DNA from: Octopus vulgaris
Lineage: Eukaryota
NCBI GenBank assembly: GCA_951406725.2
Contig: OX597821.1
Span: 112,096,001 to 112,160,000, forward strand
DNA: 64,000 bases
Reading direction: 5' to 3'
The translations under genes and the position numbers were made by a program. A model generated the notes under the pieces. The model saw nothing but the letters and a program-made list of their open reading frames with translations, did no database searches and was not told the DNA's origin. Numbering within the stretch: position 1 is the stretch's first letter; each line of letters opens with the position of its first letter. Below are positions 39,993 through 53,377 of the stretch, piece after piece.

Positions 39993-41975
39993 CACATACA
40001 CACACATATATATGTATATACATATACCTATCTATATATATGTATGTATATATATATATGTATGTATGTATATGTATACATATGTGATTATTTGGGATTT
40101 TCTGAGCCTAAGTTAAAGAGTCTGTTTTAAAGAATGATTTACTTAAAAGTTATGTAAATACTTACACATACATATAAACACACAGGCACACACATGCCTG
40201 TATACACATATGCACACATACACAGATGCACACACACACATTCACTTCCGCTCATTCCATAGCTTGAGTCACCCTCCAAGACCCCACCCTGTACAGGTAC
40301 CTCATTGCCACAATTTTTGTCTTTCTATAGCCCCAACCCAATTATCGCACACCCTCTCTTTTAAAATTTGAATAATCACGTGACCCTTAACAGCAAGAGA
40401 CCTTTTTCACCCTGGCCCCCTTTCTCATCCTTTAACTTCTCATCTCTTAGCATAAAGTCATTTCTTTTGGGGTTCATAATCTCAGAAGCTGCATAAGTCT
40501 CCCCAGCGCTGGTCAAATATAAAAACTACACAATACACACTGCAGAGTGGTGGGCATTAGGAAGGGCACCCAGCCGTACAAACAACACCAGTTCACTGCC
40601 TTAACAAAGTTTAATAATAAAAGGAAGAGAAATATAACTGGTGTGTGTATTTTATTAGCAAAACCACCCACCCAAAGTACATCAATATTAGATGGTATTA
40701 TCAAATATTACTATGTTCTGACAAAAGAAAAAAGAGATTTTAAGAAGATTTAGCCATTACTTCTAGCAGTATGTCTGGCTGTATAGAGGCTCATTCCTTG
40801 GCTTGGTACCATTTTGGTCTGCACAGATGGTATTTAAGGAAATAAGAATGTCTTGGAGTCTTACAAGAGAATGTGTTTTGATAGAACATTACAGGTTAGA
40901 GACAAAAACCAAAAGACAAAAACATAACCAAAAGGAATTTGTTGAATTTGGAACCAAACACTATTTACATTGGTTTTTCTATAAATTTCTCTTAAATTTC
41001 CTTTTTTTTCTGGCAGTGTGTGTGTGTATGGGATAGTGACGGTGGTGGAATGGTTATAAAGGAATCTATGATGAAAATATACACAAACACACATATAGGA
41101 ATATATGCACAGGTATATATATTTTTTGCATGTATGTGCACAGCTGATATGCAAAATTATATTAAATCTTGTATTTTTTATCTACATTCATATGCAAGTT
41201 CTTGATATATATATATACTTATATATATGTATGTATAAAGGAGAGGAGAGATTGACAACTAGAAATGGATATAGATGCATACACACAGGCATACACACTC
41301 AGAGAAACAGACATATATATACATGTATATAGTATATACATACATATATACACACATACATAAGAACATCATACATGTATATATATATATATGTATATAT
41401 ATATATGTATGTATGTATATATATCTACAGACACACGTACATACATGAAAATAGACATATATATATATATATATATAGATATATAGATATAGATATAGAT
41501 ATATATACACAAACACACAGTCACACATATAGACAAACTTGAAAATAGACAAATACTCATCTATATATATACACACACACATACACCCATAGGCCAATAC
41601 ATGTGTAAGAAAACAAAATTTAAAAAAAAAAACAGAATTTCAAAAAATGCGAAATGAAAACCGAAAATTTCAATTCCATTTCTTTGTTTCTCATTTCATT
41701 TTTCCACCCAACAAATGGTAAAATGATTCTTTTGGCAACATGGACAGTGGACGTTTTATAAACAGGAACTATTGAACACACATACACACACACACACACA
41801 CACACAGACAAAAAGAAAAAGAAAAACCTACAGACAAAACAAGAACTTCTTGAAGAAAATAGTTCCAGGAGCTAAATTTTTAATTAGAACAGTTTTAAAT
41901 TTTTGTTTTGCTTACTTGAATCTGCACGTGCATATGTATGTATGAGTGTGTGTACGTGAGTAAGTGCATATATAT

Positions 41976-42012
<37 letters not shown>

Positions 42013-42201
42013 CACTCACACATATATATACATACATACATACCATATAGATACATAGGTGTGTGTATGCATGTACATGTATGTGCTTGTGTATACACAT
42101 ATATACACATACATATATATATATATATAGATATGTGCAACTGTGTGTATATAATATATATATACACACACATATATGTACACACACACACATACACACA
42201 T

Positions 42202-42257
<56 letters not shown>

Positions 42258-42380
42258 AAACACACATTGACACCCACACATACAGAAAATTACAAACACA
42301 GCCCTACATATATATGTTTATATATGTGTGTGTGTGTGTATTACATACACATATACATGTTCAGAACAATTTTTAAGTTT
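39400..42380. repeat. Microsatellite-rich region (TA/CA/TG/GA) with unique spacers
   Basis: Seen directly. Confidence 0.8.
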
Positions 42381-42899
42381 GTAAATCTATTTAGCCAAAT
42401 ACCAAAATATACACTCGCTCAAACATTACTACATATAGACATGAACATCCACATACACACACTAAGGCATATATGTACACTCACATGTGTACACAAAACA
42501 AGATTTCAAATTGTAATTGTGACACATTGAGATTGCAAACAAAACACAACACACACCTGTGTAATTAAGAGCTATTTATATACCTGTGGATATATATATA
42601 CATTACATATATACATACATTTACATACATTCGTGTTGATCTCCTTTTCCCTTTCTATCTCTCCATCGTACAGACACATTCTCAGTGTTCATAATATATA
42701 TCTGATTCCAATGTGCAGTTAATGATTTTCCAAGTTCATTAGTGTACAAACTGTTAATTACTCACTCCTGAGACTGAAACTAACACGTATCTCAATACCG
42801 TTTCCAACACTGCGGCCCATAAGACAGCCTCCATGTGGTTACTCGTTACGTGAGAAATAACAACCAAAACCTCCCTCATAATGTGTCATTACTTTATCC

Positions 42900-43399
42900 C
42901 CTTCTTTAACGCCCACTTTTCCATGCTTGCTTTGGTCAGATGCAATTTGTGGAGGCAGATTTTCTACGGCCAGATGCCCTTCTTGTTGCCAACCCTGGTA
43001 TGTTTCCAAACAAAACGATATCTCATTCTTTCGGACAGGCATGGGGGAGAAGTGGGGAACAAAATCCATAGGGATTTTGCAATGGCTCTAACTCTAATGT
43101 CCCCACTGTCACCATAGGAGTAAGCTACGTCTAAGCAAATTCCCAAGGCAATTGGGTTAGTCCATATTTTATTTCTTTATTGCCCACAGGGGGCTAAACA
43201 GAGGGGACAAACAAGGACAGATCGACATTACCTGTACAGGTGCAAATAGGTGTCACATATCACATGTCGAAATGATTACAAAGCAAATGAAATGAAATGA
43301 AGTGCTTTGCTCAAGAACACAATGCAACGCCCGAACTGGGAATTGAACTCACGATCTTGTAACTGTGAGTGCAACACCTTAACCACTAAGCCGTGTGCC

Positions 43400-43400
<1 letters not shown>
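42900..43400 (-). mobile_element. Family C fragment (about 42900-43060), SINE-A tail (about 43170-43222) and tRNA-head SINE (about 43275-43400)
   Basis: ttttccatgcttgc...cagatgcccttcttgttgccaacc; ggggctaaacagaggggacaaacaagg; gggaattgaactc...aaccactaagccgtgtgccttc. Confidence 0.65.
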
Positions 43401-43449
<49 letters not shown>

Positions 43450-43450
43450 T

Positions 43451-43506
<56 letters not shown>

Positions 43507-44426
43507 TCATACACATGACAGGCTTCTTTCAGTTTCTGTCTACCATATCCACTCATGAGGCTATGATAGAATACACTTGCCCAAGGTGCCAAGCTACACA
43601 CATTGTAGTTCTCACTTCTGTCACCAATTTTGGCCACTGGGTTTTACACCTCTAAAGTTACATGAAATAAGAGATCCTTTACTTGAAAAACAAGGAAAGG
43701 TTAGCCACAGCAAAGGCGTCCGGCTGTAAAACACTGCCCGAATGAAATACTCACCTAACTCATGCTAGCACAGAAAAACAGATGTAGTACAAATGAAAAA
43801 AATACTATTCGCCTGTACTCTTTTCTATCTCCCCCTACTCCCCCTCCCTTACATTTATGTATCAACACCTCACTAAATCTCTCTTGCTGTCCCCTATTTG
43901 CCTCCCCCTTTCACGTTTGCCTTTCTCTCTTCTTTCCTTCCATTTTTCTTTTTTTCTGTCTGTCTCTCTCTTTCTCCCTCTCTCCCTCTTTCTGTCTCAC
44001 TCTGTCTCACTCTTTCTCCCTCTTTCTTTCCTTCTGTCTCACTCTTTCTCTCTCTTTCTTTCCTTCCGTCTCACTCTCTCTCTCTCTCTCTCTCCCAAGC
44101 TTTACCTCTTCCATCTCCAATCTGGTTGACATAACATTCTTGTAGATGTATTCTAGAAAAATGGTAAAATGGAAGAGAATATCAAATGTAGAGATTCTTT
44201 GATGTTTTTGGCTGCAAAACATCTTTGTTTGGAAATATTCTGGCTCTCACACACGCACACATATTTACTTATATACACATACGGTGCATGTATACACACA
44301 CACATACAAACTTTAATTTAACATGTATAAACACACACTCAGACACAGATTACACGTATATAACACTTACACAGGTATAAGAGTGTAGTTAACATACATA
44401 TACTTACACACACTTGTATGCATACA

Positions 44427-44466
<40 letters not shown>

Positions 44467-44632
44467 TAGACACACATATACACACAGATGTGTGCATACA
44501 TACATATGTGTCTATGTATGTAAACACACACACACACACACTCACAGAGTTATATGCAGATACATACAAGTGACTACCCGAACTCATGTACACAATCACA
44601 CAATCATGAAAATAATAATAATAATAATAATA

Positions 44633-44670
<38 letters not shown>

Positions 44671-45361
44671 AATAATAATAATACTAAAAATAATAATAAT
44701 CTATAATGACAATGCTTGTTTTCGAATGGTTTTGAATGAAGCCGCAAGAATTCAGTATGGTGGTGCAACAGAACTAACTTCTGCAGGTACAACAACACTG
44801 GTACCACTCTGAAGGAACCAAAGTTGGCATTTTCAAATTTCTCAAGAAACACTATTTAGAATTATCGAAAATTAGAAGTTTTCTTGTCATTACGGGTCAT
44901 TTTGATAAATATATTTGTATTTTATCTTGATGTGGCTACGATAATCAGATCAACACAAAACGTCACCGGCATAGTGATGTGGTCCAGGGTTCAAATGATG
45001 TCTGTGGTATCAGAAATTTATTGCACATAAATTTCAACAGCAAAATCTCGCATGGACCCTAGTTAGGAACCGCATGTCTAACACATCACATCTCAAACCA
45101 TTGTAACTGCCAATTAAGCTGGTTACGATGGTGATTAATCAAATCAAATCAAATCAAAGTTTATGACCATCTCCACCAAATCTCTTACTATGACCCCCCC
45201 CCATTCATCACCGGAAAAACAAAAAAATAAAACCTATAAATACACTTTGAAAAGTGATGCTACACAATTTCAGCAAGGTGTTTTTTTTACTGCATTATAA
45301 TTACATCACACAAAGGTACAAACACACACAAACACGCATGTGTGTGTCTGTAAATACATAC

Positions 45362-45416
<55 letters not shown>

Positions 45417-45904
45417 CACATACATACATATATATATATATATGTATGTATATATAATATGTGTGTGTCTAAGTATGTCTAAACATATATATGTGTGTGT
45501 GTGTGTGTATTTACGCATACATATTTATATATGCTATACACATTTACGCAGACATACACATACATACAGGCATACAATTACCCATAAATATACACAAATT
45601 TGTTCAGCCATTCCTCCAAACCTCCATCCATCCCCTGCCCCGCAAAAGAACACCGAAGTGTAGAAACTAACACACTAATTAGACAACTAACAGCTCCCTA
45701 ATTACATTAAACTCAGTGAAAATGTAGAGGAACACAAGACGAGAGGAAAAAAAAAAGGTGGGGTGGGTGGAATTCTGTGGTAAACTAATATGACTGCTTT
45801 GCAAGTTTTCCTGCAAAGAAAAGCCATCGTGATAATTATGTATTGAAAATAAACCTTGTGACTTATAAAATCATGTGTAGAAATAGAATATGAACATTGA
45901 TATT

Positions 45905-46983
45905 GGTCTCAAGCTTTGGCGCAAAGCCAGTAGTTTCTGGAGAGGAATAAGTTAATTATATTAACCCCCCAGGGTTCAGCTTATGCTTATTTTTCGACCC
46001 TGAAAGGATAGAAGGCAAAGCCGACTTCAGTGGAATTTGAACTTTGAACATATGCCACTAAGTACTGTGCCTGGTAACCCAACAGTTTTGCCAGCTCACC
46101 GTCTTAATAGTATTTCTACTCTAGGTGCAAGGCCTTGAAATTTTGGGGGAAGGGGACGAATCGATTACATCGACCCCAGTGTGTAACCGGTATTTTATTC
46201 ATCGACCCTGAAAGGATGAAAGGCAAAGTGGACCATGGCGGAATTTGAACTCAGAATATAGCGGTAGACAAAATACCTATTTCTCTACTACACACAAGGG
46301 GCTAAACACAGAGGGACAAACAAGGACAGACAAACAGATTAAGTCGATTATATCGACCCCAGTGCGTAACTGGTACTTATTTAATCGACCCCGAAAGGAT
46401 GAAAGGCAAAGTCGACCTCGGCGGAATTTGAACTCAGAACATAGAGACAGACGAAATACTGCTGAGCATTTCACCCGACATGCTAACGATTCTGCCAGCT
46501 CGCTGCCTTCACTGACTTAATATTATAAACACTGATATAAGGTGGCAAGATGGCAGAAATGTTAGCATGCCAGGTGAAATGCTTAGCGGTATTTTGTCTG
46601 TCTTTACATTCTGAGTTCAAATTCCACCTAGGTCGACTGTGCCTTTCATCCTTTCGGGGTTGATAAATTAAGTACAAGTTGCGTACTGCGGTTAATCTAA
46701 TCGACTTTCACCCTCCCCCAAAACTTCAGGCCCTGTGCCTAGATTAGAAAAGGATATAATTATAATTGTCAAGGCAGCAAGCTGGCGGAAACGTTAGCAT
46801 GCTGGGCGAAATGCTTACCAGTATTTCGTCTGTCTTTATGTTCTGAGTTCAAATTCTGCTGAGGTCGACTTTGCCTTTCATCCTTTCAGGGTCAATAAAT
46901 TAAGTACCAGTTGCATACTGGGGTCGATCTAATCGACTGGTACCCACCTCCCCCAAAATCTCAGGGCTTAGGGCAGAAAAGAA
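45905..46983. mobile_element. SINE-A cluster: minus 45905-46103, minus chimera 46112-46508, plus 46540-46755, plus 46771-46983
   Basis: Consensus motifs throughout, junction aaatacctatttc at 46271-46283, and a head-to-head pair across 46508-46540. Confidence 0.85.
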
Positions 46984-47234
46984 TATTAACACTGATATTG
47001 CTAATGTTATGCCATTGAGAGACATTGGTTTTTTCCATTAATCTCTTAACCAGAGAACATACCTAGTTTGCTTGTTGTTTAGCTTCAGTAAAGTCATGTG
47101 GTCAAGCGGTCAAGGATGTCTGGTTTACAAGTGTTAGGTTGTGGGTTCAATTTTGGGGCCAGGTAGTATTTGGAAACTCTGTGAGCGAGGCATTTTATTC
47201 CAACTTGCTCCACTACATCATCGACATTGTTGTC

Positions 47235-47420
47235 ATTTTGATGTCCACTTTTCCATGCTTGCATGCATTGGATGGAATTTGTCGAGGCAGATCTTCTACT
47301 GCTGGATGCCCTTCCTGTCACCAACCCTCATCTACTTCTAAGCAAAGTAATATCTCTCCAGGCCAGACATGTTTTCATGGATGATTGGAAATAAAAGACA
47401 CTTCAAGCATGATAGTGACA
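47235..47420 (-). mobile_element. Family C fragment
   Basis: gtccacttttccatgcttgcatg...gctggatgcccttcctgtcaccaacc. Confidence 0.7.
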
Positions 47421-47454
47421 CTCAGCCCTTGATTCTTTGATATAAATAAACATC

Positions 47455-48225
47455 CCAGTTTGAAGTGATCTAAATTAAAATCTTTCATCAAAATTTCATG
47501 TTAAATTATGTTCAAACCCCAGATTAATTTTAAATTCAGATCAATTTAACCCTTTTGTTACCAGATTTCTTTTGAAATACATATATTTGTTTCAACTGAT
47601 TTTGAAAATACTGAAGAATTTACTAAAATAACTTATTATTAGACTGGAGTCTTGAGCACAATATGAAATTTTGCAGTTAGAAAACAGAAAGTTTGTATCA
47701 GAACTAGGGGAGACTCAGGTGGGAATGGTACCAAAATTCAAAGAGAGTAAGGAATTGGGTGACGGAAATTTGGCTGTTGATTACATAGAAACCCTTGCTG
47801 TCTTTTTCAAAGCCCCATTTTTTACCATATACTCTGCTGTTTTTCAATTAATTTTGAATATAACAAAGAATTTAGTAAAATAAATGTCGAAATTAAACAT
47901 GTTTGGAACATAAATTAACGTATAATTTTTGATGGAAGATTTTAATGGAGACAACTTTAAAATAGGAAGTGTATCTGAGAACCAGGGACAGTTTCTTGGA
48001 AGGTTGGCTCCAAAAGAGTTAAACCATATCTTACCAATTTCTGTTAAAATACTTCGTTTTGTTTCAATCAACTTTGAAAATAATGCGAAGTTTTGTTATT
48101 ACTAAACTGTATTCAGAATATATTACTAACATGATATTTCGGTAAAAGGTTTTTAGATCACCATAAAACTGAGAGTTAGTATCATAAAACCAGAACAGTT
48201 TCAAGCAAGTTGGTAGCAAAAGGAA
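47455..48225. mobile_element. Pile-up of degenerate piggyBac-like E MITE fragments
   Basis: ttaacccttttgttacc at about 47546, repeated aacaaagaatttagtaaaataa and ggaagattttaa motifs in both orientations. Confidence 0.6.
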
Positions 48226-49028
48226 ATGGAAGGATTTCCCATGCAACGAACCAGACCAATTTCTTGGAAACTGCTTTGTTGTTGCTGTTAGTAGTGGAAA
48301 ACTGATAGTGGCCTTCGGTAGAAGCTATTGGATTCTAAGCAGGTTGAGTCGACACGATTGCAAGATAGTCGGTACAAAGTAGCTATTTTTACATGCGAGA
48401 TTTCATGGTTGAGGAAGGAATAAGAGAGGTGAAAGTTATAATCAGAGAAGATTAAATAGACTAAAAGAGTCTTTGAAATTTCATGTTTTTATCCAATATA
48501 ACAACAGACTTTGAATGTAATAAAACGATGGTGGTGATGATGATGATGATGCTGCTGCTGCTGCTGCCATCAGCATAACAACCACCATCATCATCACCAC
48601 CACCACCACTACCTCTGCTGTATGAGGATGATGAAGAGGAGGAGGAGGAGGTAGAAGAGGGTGATAATGATGACAATGACAGCAAATCATATCATCTGAT
48701 TTTTTTCCCAACCACCTTTGCACAAAACCTGCAACCCCACCCCACCACCACCTCCCCGACGTTCACAAAATCAATTTTTATTTATTTATTTATCTATTTA
48801 TTTTTCACTGTTTTTCACTTTTGTGTTTGTCACCTATCATCACCCTCTCTCTTTACCCCACTCTTTCTCTCTCTCTCTCTCTCTCAACCCTTTCCCTCCC
48901 CCAATCTTACCAACACTTCATTCCTTACTGTTTGCTCTTTCTTTCCCCCCACCCTCTTTAGGTTCCATCTTACCGCACTGCAGCGGAAGATCAGCGGAAT
49001 GTGTGGGAAGGAGGGTGTGTTTAGCACA

Positions 49029-49059
<31 letters not shown>

Positions 49060-49334
49060 TGAAATACAAACTCTAAACTTTGAGTGGCTTTCAGTAAAAT
49101 GTAATTTCAGTTTGGAGCCGCTTAGTGCATTAATGCAGTATCGTTGCTTTGCATACATCATGTTATGTACATGTAATACCTTTTTTCATGTGGCATAGCA
49201 TCATATGATATATTGTCTTTCATGTAGCACAAACATCAAAAGACATATTATCATACATACAACACAAACGTCTCCATGATAAACTACCATAATGTGCTAC
49301 CATATATATATATATATATATAAACAATACATAT

Positions 49335-49390
<56 letters not shown>

Positions 49391-49453
49391 GAAAATCATA
49401 TAATGTGTTACCATACATACAGCACAATATAACAATGTGCTACTCAAAATTGA

Positions 49454-49503
<50 letters not shown>

Positions 49504-49598
49504 ATATATATATATATAATAGTTTTATGTATCAGACGCTATGATAGATCATTAGCCACTACACACATTTTTTTTCTCTCCTTGTTTTTTCTGTGTAC

Positions 49599-49634
49599 CT
49601 TTCTGTAGAAGAGCGTAGGCTCGAAACGTAAAAG
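49599..49634 (+). ncRNA. Minimal type I hammerhead fold with CUGUAGA core variant
   Basis: cttt-CTGTAGA-a-gagc/gtag/gctc-GAAA-cg-TA-aaag. Downstream ttcctgagca..taatac is shared with the 7464-7498 element. Confidence 0.65.
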
Positions 49635-49797
49635 ACTTTTTCTATTCCTGAGCACTATACTAATACATCTGTTTGTTTTGTTCACCACCTGTCTTCGTAT
49701 TTTGCTTTTTTCATAAAGTTCCCTTTATATATATATATATATATAATTGAATAAGTTGGAGTCAACAAGAAGGACAACAGTTGGACATTTATTTGTA

Positions 49798-49903
49798 ATC
49801 ACTACAATTGTTTCCATGCAACATAGTTCTCCAAGTTTGCAGGCATTTAGTTATGTAACTTTTTCCCTGCATTATGATATCTAGTTGTGTTTCTTCAGGT
49901 GAT
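49798..49903 (-). ncRNA. Type I hammerhead-like fold with long stem II
   Basis: Minus strand: atcac-CTGAAGA-[about 77 nt with caac/gttg, tag/cta, tgcagg/cctgca pairings]-GAAA-caattg-TA-gtgat, followed by aataaa. Confidence 0.6.
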
Positions 49904-49984
49904 ATGTAAATATTGCCTCCGTAAACTACAAATTCTTGGCTTCAAGTGCATCTTTTCTGACCGCTGTGACCTGTGAATTAGTAT

Positions 49985-50338
49985 TAGGCCACCACAGAAA
50001 GGAAGTACTTGACTGGCCTCCGTGTTGGTGGCACATAAAGCACTATCTGAATATGGCTGATGCCAGGGACCCCTGACTGGTACCCATGATGGATGCATGT
50101 AAAAAGCTCTATCCAAATGTGATTGATGCCAGGGCCGCTTGACTGGCTCCTGTGCCGGTGGCATGTAAAAAACACCCACTACACTCTCAGAGTGGTTGGC
50201 GTTAGGAAGGGTCTCCGGCTGTAGAGGCCATGCCAAAACAGATTGGAGCCTGATGCTGCCACTGGCTCTCCAGACCTCAGTCAAACCATCCAACCCATGC
50301 CAGCAAGAAAAACGGATGTTAAACAATGATGATGATGA

Positions 50339-50340
<2 letters not shown>
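49985..50340 (+). mobile_element. Family C copy
   Basis: cacccactacactctcagagtggttggcgttaggaaggg...caacccatgccagc...(GAT)n(TA)n. Confidence 0.8.
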
Positions 50341-50387
<47 letters not shown>

Positions 50388-50409
50388 CATACATACACAC
50401 ACACATAGA

Positions 50410-50640
50410 AAAAGTGGTGTGTCCATGCTTGTTTCCTATCATCACCACTTGACAACCGACATTGGTTTATTTACATCCATATAATCTTGTGGCTTGGCAG
50501 AAGAGACTGATAGAATAAGTTTAAGTACCTCACTAAAAAAAAAAAACTAAAAAAATCCCTAAAAACTGGAGCTGATTTGTTTGACTAAGTTCTTCAAAGA
50601 GATGTCCCAGCATGGCCACAGTCCATGACTAAGACAAGTA
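50410..50640 (+). mobile_element. SINE-B 3' half
   Basis: cacttgacaaccgac...gatagaataagt...cccagcatggccacagtc. Confidence 0.7.
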
Positions 50641-51277
50641 CAAGACAAAAAAAACATAAAAGATTATGGTATAAGTGATGCAAAGAAGGCTGGTATTGAA
50701 CTCACAGCATAGCAGGAGCTGGTGTTTATTCCACGATGATAGTGATGGTGACCAGGATGAGAACAACAGCAAAAGCAACAATAAAGATGGTAGAACACAA
50801 GAAAAAACAAAATCAAACAACAACAACAACAGTAACAAAATAATATGTTATGATATTTTCTACATATCTGATTCCAATACGATTCCATAACAGTAAATGC
50901 CAAACGGGGAAAAAATTCTTCAACGATAAACAAACAGACAAAAGAAAAATAACCTGAAATGACTCGACGTATACTTGTGTGTGTGTGTGTGTGTGTGTGT
51001 TAAATACTGTGATTAGCTTTAATACTGTAGTATTAAAGGCATGAAATACCATCCAGCAACGGTGATTCTGGTATTAGCCAGAAAATTGGTAAAAAAAAGC
51101 ATCAACAAAAAGAGTCTAGTATCATGATTGAAAATTTCCAAACATGATATGGTAACAATTTGAGAGCGAGAGTGTCACAGTATTTCTGTCATTAGCTTAG
51201 TACAACCAAAACAAACTGTTGTGACATTACAGTGAGAACCACATTGGTACTGCTGTATGGATGTTTTGTACATGCAG

Positions 51278-51910
51278 CCATGACTGTGTGGTAAAAAGAT
51301 TGCTAGTCAACCACATTGTTCCAGGTTCAAACCCGGGCAAGAGCCTTCTATATTTTTGCCACAGGCTAACCAAAGCCTTGTGAGTGGATTTAGTGGGTGG
51401 AAACTGAAAGAAGCCCATCAACATCCTCATTTAATGCCTGTTTTTCACGCTGGCATGGGATGGACGGTTTGAAAGGAGATGGCCAGCTGGAGAGCTGCCT
51501 AGGTACCATTTGTCTGATTTGGTTTGGTTTCTGAAGCTGGATGGACTTGCTAGCGCCAACCACTTTTTACTGCAAGAATCAGATGCTTTTTCATTTTTCT
51601 TTTCGCAGCACCAGCACTAGTGAGGTTGCCATGCTGTTCCCATGACCAAAAACCCCTTTTGCTTGAGTGGGGGCAACAGGTAGCTTCATGCTTGGAGATG
51701 AGATGTCAATATAAAAGAGACAAGGGCCATAAAGGGTTTCTTGCTGTTGTAAAGCACCAGCACTAGTGATGCCACCAAGCAGTCTGCAAGACTAAAGACC
51801 CCTCTTTGAATGAGTGAAGCTACAGTAAAGAGGAAAGCTGGGTTTATGCAATAATTTGTGGGAGTTCAAGTACAAGAGAAGGGTTCAAAAGGGAACAGGT
51901 TTCTTGTTTC
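51278..51910. mobile_element. SINE-B 5' half (plus, about 51278-51418) abutting family C (minus, about 51420-51910) with an internal about 145-bp duplication
   Basis: agcaccagcactagtga occurs at 51607 and 51752, each followed by acccct and gtttcttg. Confidence 0.65.
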
Positions 51911-52078
51911 GAGAATATCATCTTTTATATTTTATTTACTGCAAGGCACCACCTTGAAGAGTCTAGCTGCAATCTATATATTATACTTACAGCAAATATA
52001 CTGTTGAAAGTGAGCTGCTTTAAGTATGATATACAAATGACGATTTTGAACTAATACTGCCATAGTCACTAACAACAA

Positions 52079-52120
<42 letters not shown>

Positions 52121-52180
52121 TGGTTTGAATTCACTGATGAAGGACAAGGGAGACAGGTTCCCTCCCTACGACAAGCGAGA

Positions 52181-52241
52181 TGGAGTCATATCAGTGCTGA
52201 TTTCAGATTTAATCAATCTTCATCAGTGATTCATTACTCCA
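52181..52241 (-). ncRNA. Canonical type I hammerhead ribozyme fold with bulged stem I
   Basis: Minus strand: tggag-taatgaa-tca-CTGATGA-agatt/gatta/aatct-GAA-Atca/gcac/tgaT-A-tga-ctcca. All conserved core nucleotides are present, with an AUA triplet. Confidence 0.75.
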
Positions 52242-52835
52242 GCGCTAAGGGTTAAAGAACCTAAGTCCCCTCGTCAGCCTTATGGAGAACACCATAGAAA
52301 ACATCGACTGATTTCGAAAATGTTGAAGTGAGAATTATGAATTATATATATATATATATATATATGTAGATAGTTGGATGTATATCATTACTGGTAGTTC
52401 TGCAACACAACATGTCTTTGGCATTAAATAAGTACTTATTAGGTGATTATTAGAAAAGAATTTCAAAGAGAATTTAGTTAAAGAATATATATAAATTTTT
52501 TTTTTAAATATTAACAATAATAATAATAATGATAAACAAAGAAAATAACAGAAGCCACTTTTGAATAACTCTATAGAATTATTAAAAAAGAAACAAGCAT
52601 AAAAATATTTAAAAAATTTATTTCTAGACATGACAAAGAAAAAAAAAATGTATATATATATATTTTTTTTTCCAAAATTCGAAAATGGTTAATAATAAAG
52701 CCAAAGAAAAGAATGAAAAACGCAAAAGAAAAAAAAAGATTCAAATAGAAAAAAACAAAGGAAAGAGAAAAACAGTGACTGAAATCGCACAAGTGATAAA
52801 ATATTGTGGAGATTATTGTGGGTTTTTTCAAGATT

Positions 52836-52838
52836 GTG

Positions 52839-52873
<35 letters not shown>

Positions 52874-52944
52874 ACATGAATATATATATATATGTGTGTG
52901 TACATGAATATATATATATATGTGTGTGTACATGAATATATATT

Positions 52945-52983
<39 letters not shown>

Positions 52984-52989
52984 ACATGA

Positions 52990-53021
<32 letters not shown>

Positions 53022-53116
53022 ACATGAATATATATATATATATATTGTGTGTGTTGCATGAATATATTATATATATATATATATATGTGTGTATAAGTGT
53101 TTATATATATATATAT

Positions 53117-53163
<47 letters not shown>

Positions 53164-53214
53164 AAGTGTTTATATATATATATGTACAAGTGTTTATATA
53201 TGTATATATGTATG

Positions 53215-53245
<31 letters not shown>

Positions 53246-53330
53246 TACATACATTTATATTCACATACATATAACACATACATATATTCACATACATATG
53301 ATATATATATATGTATATATACATACATAT

Positions 53331-53377
<47 letters not shown>

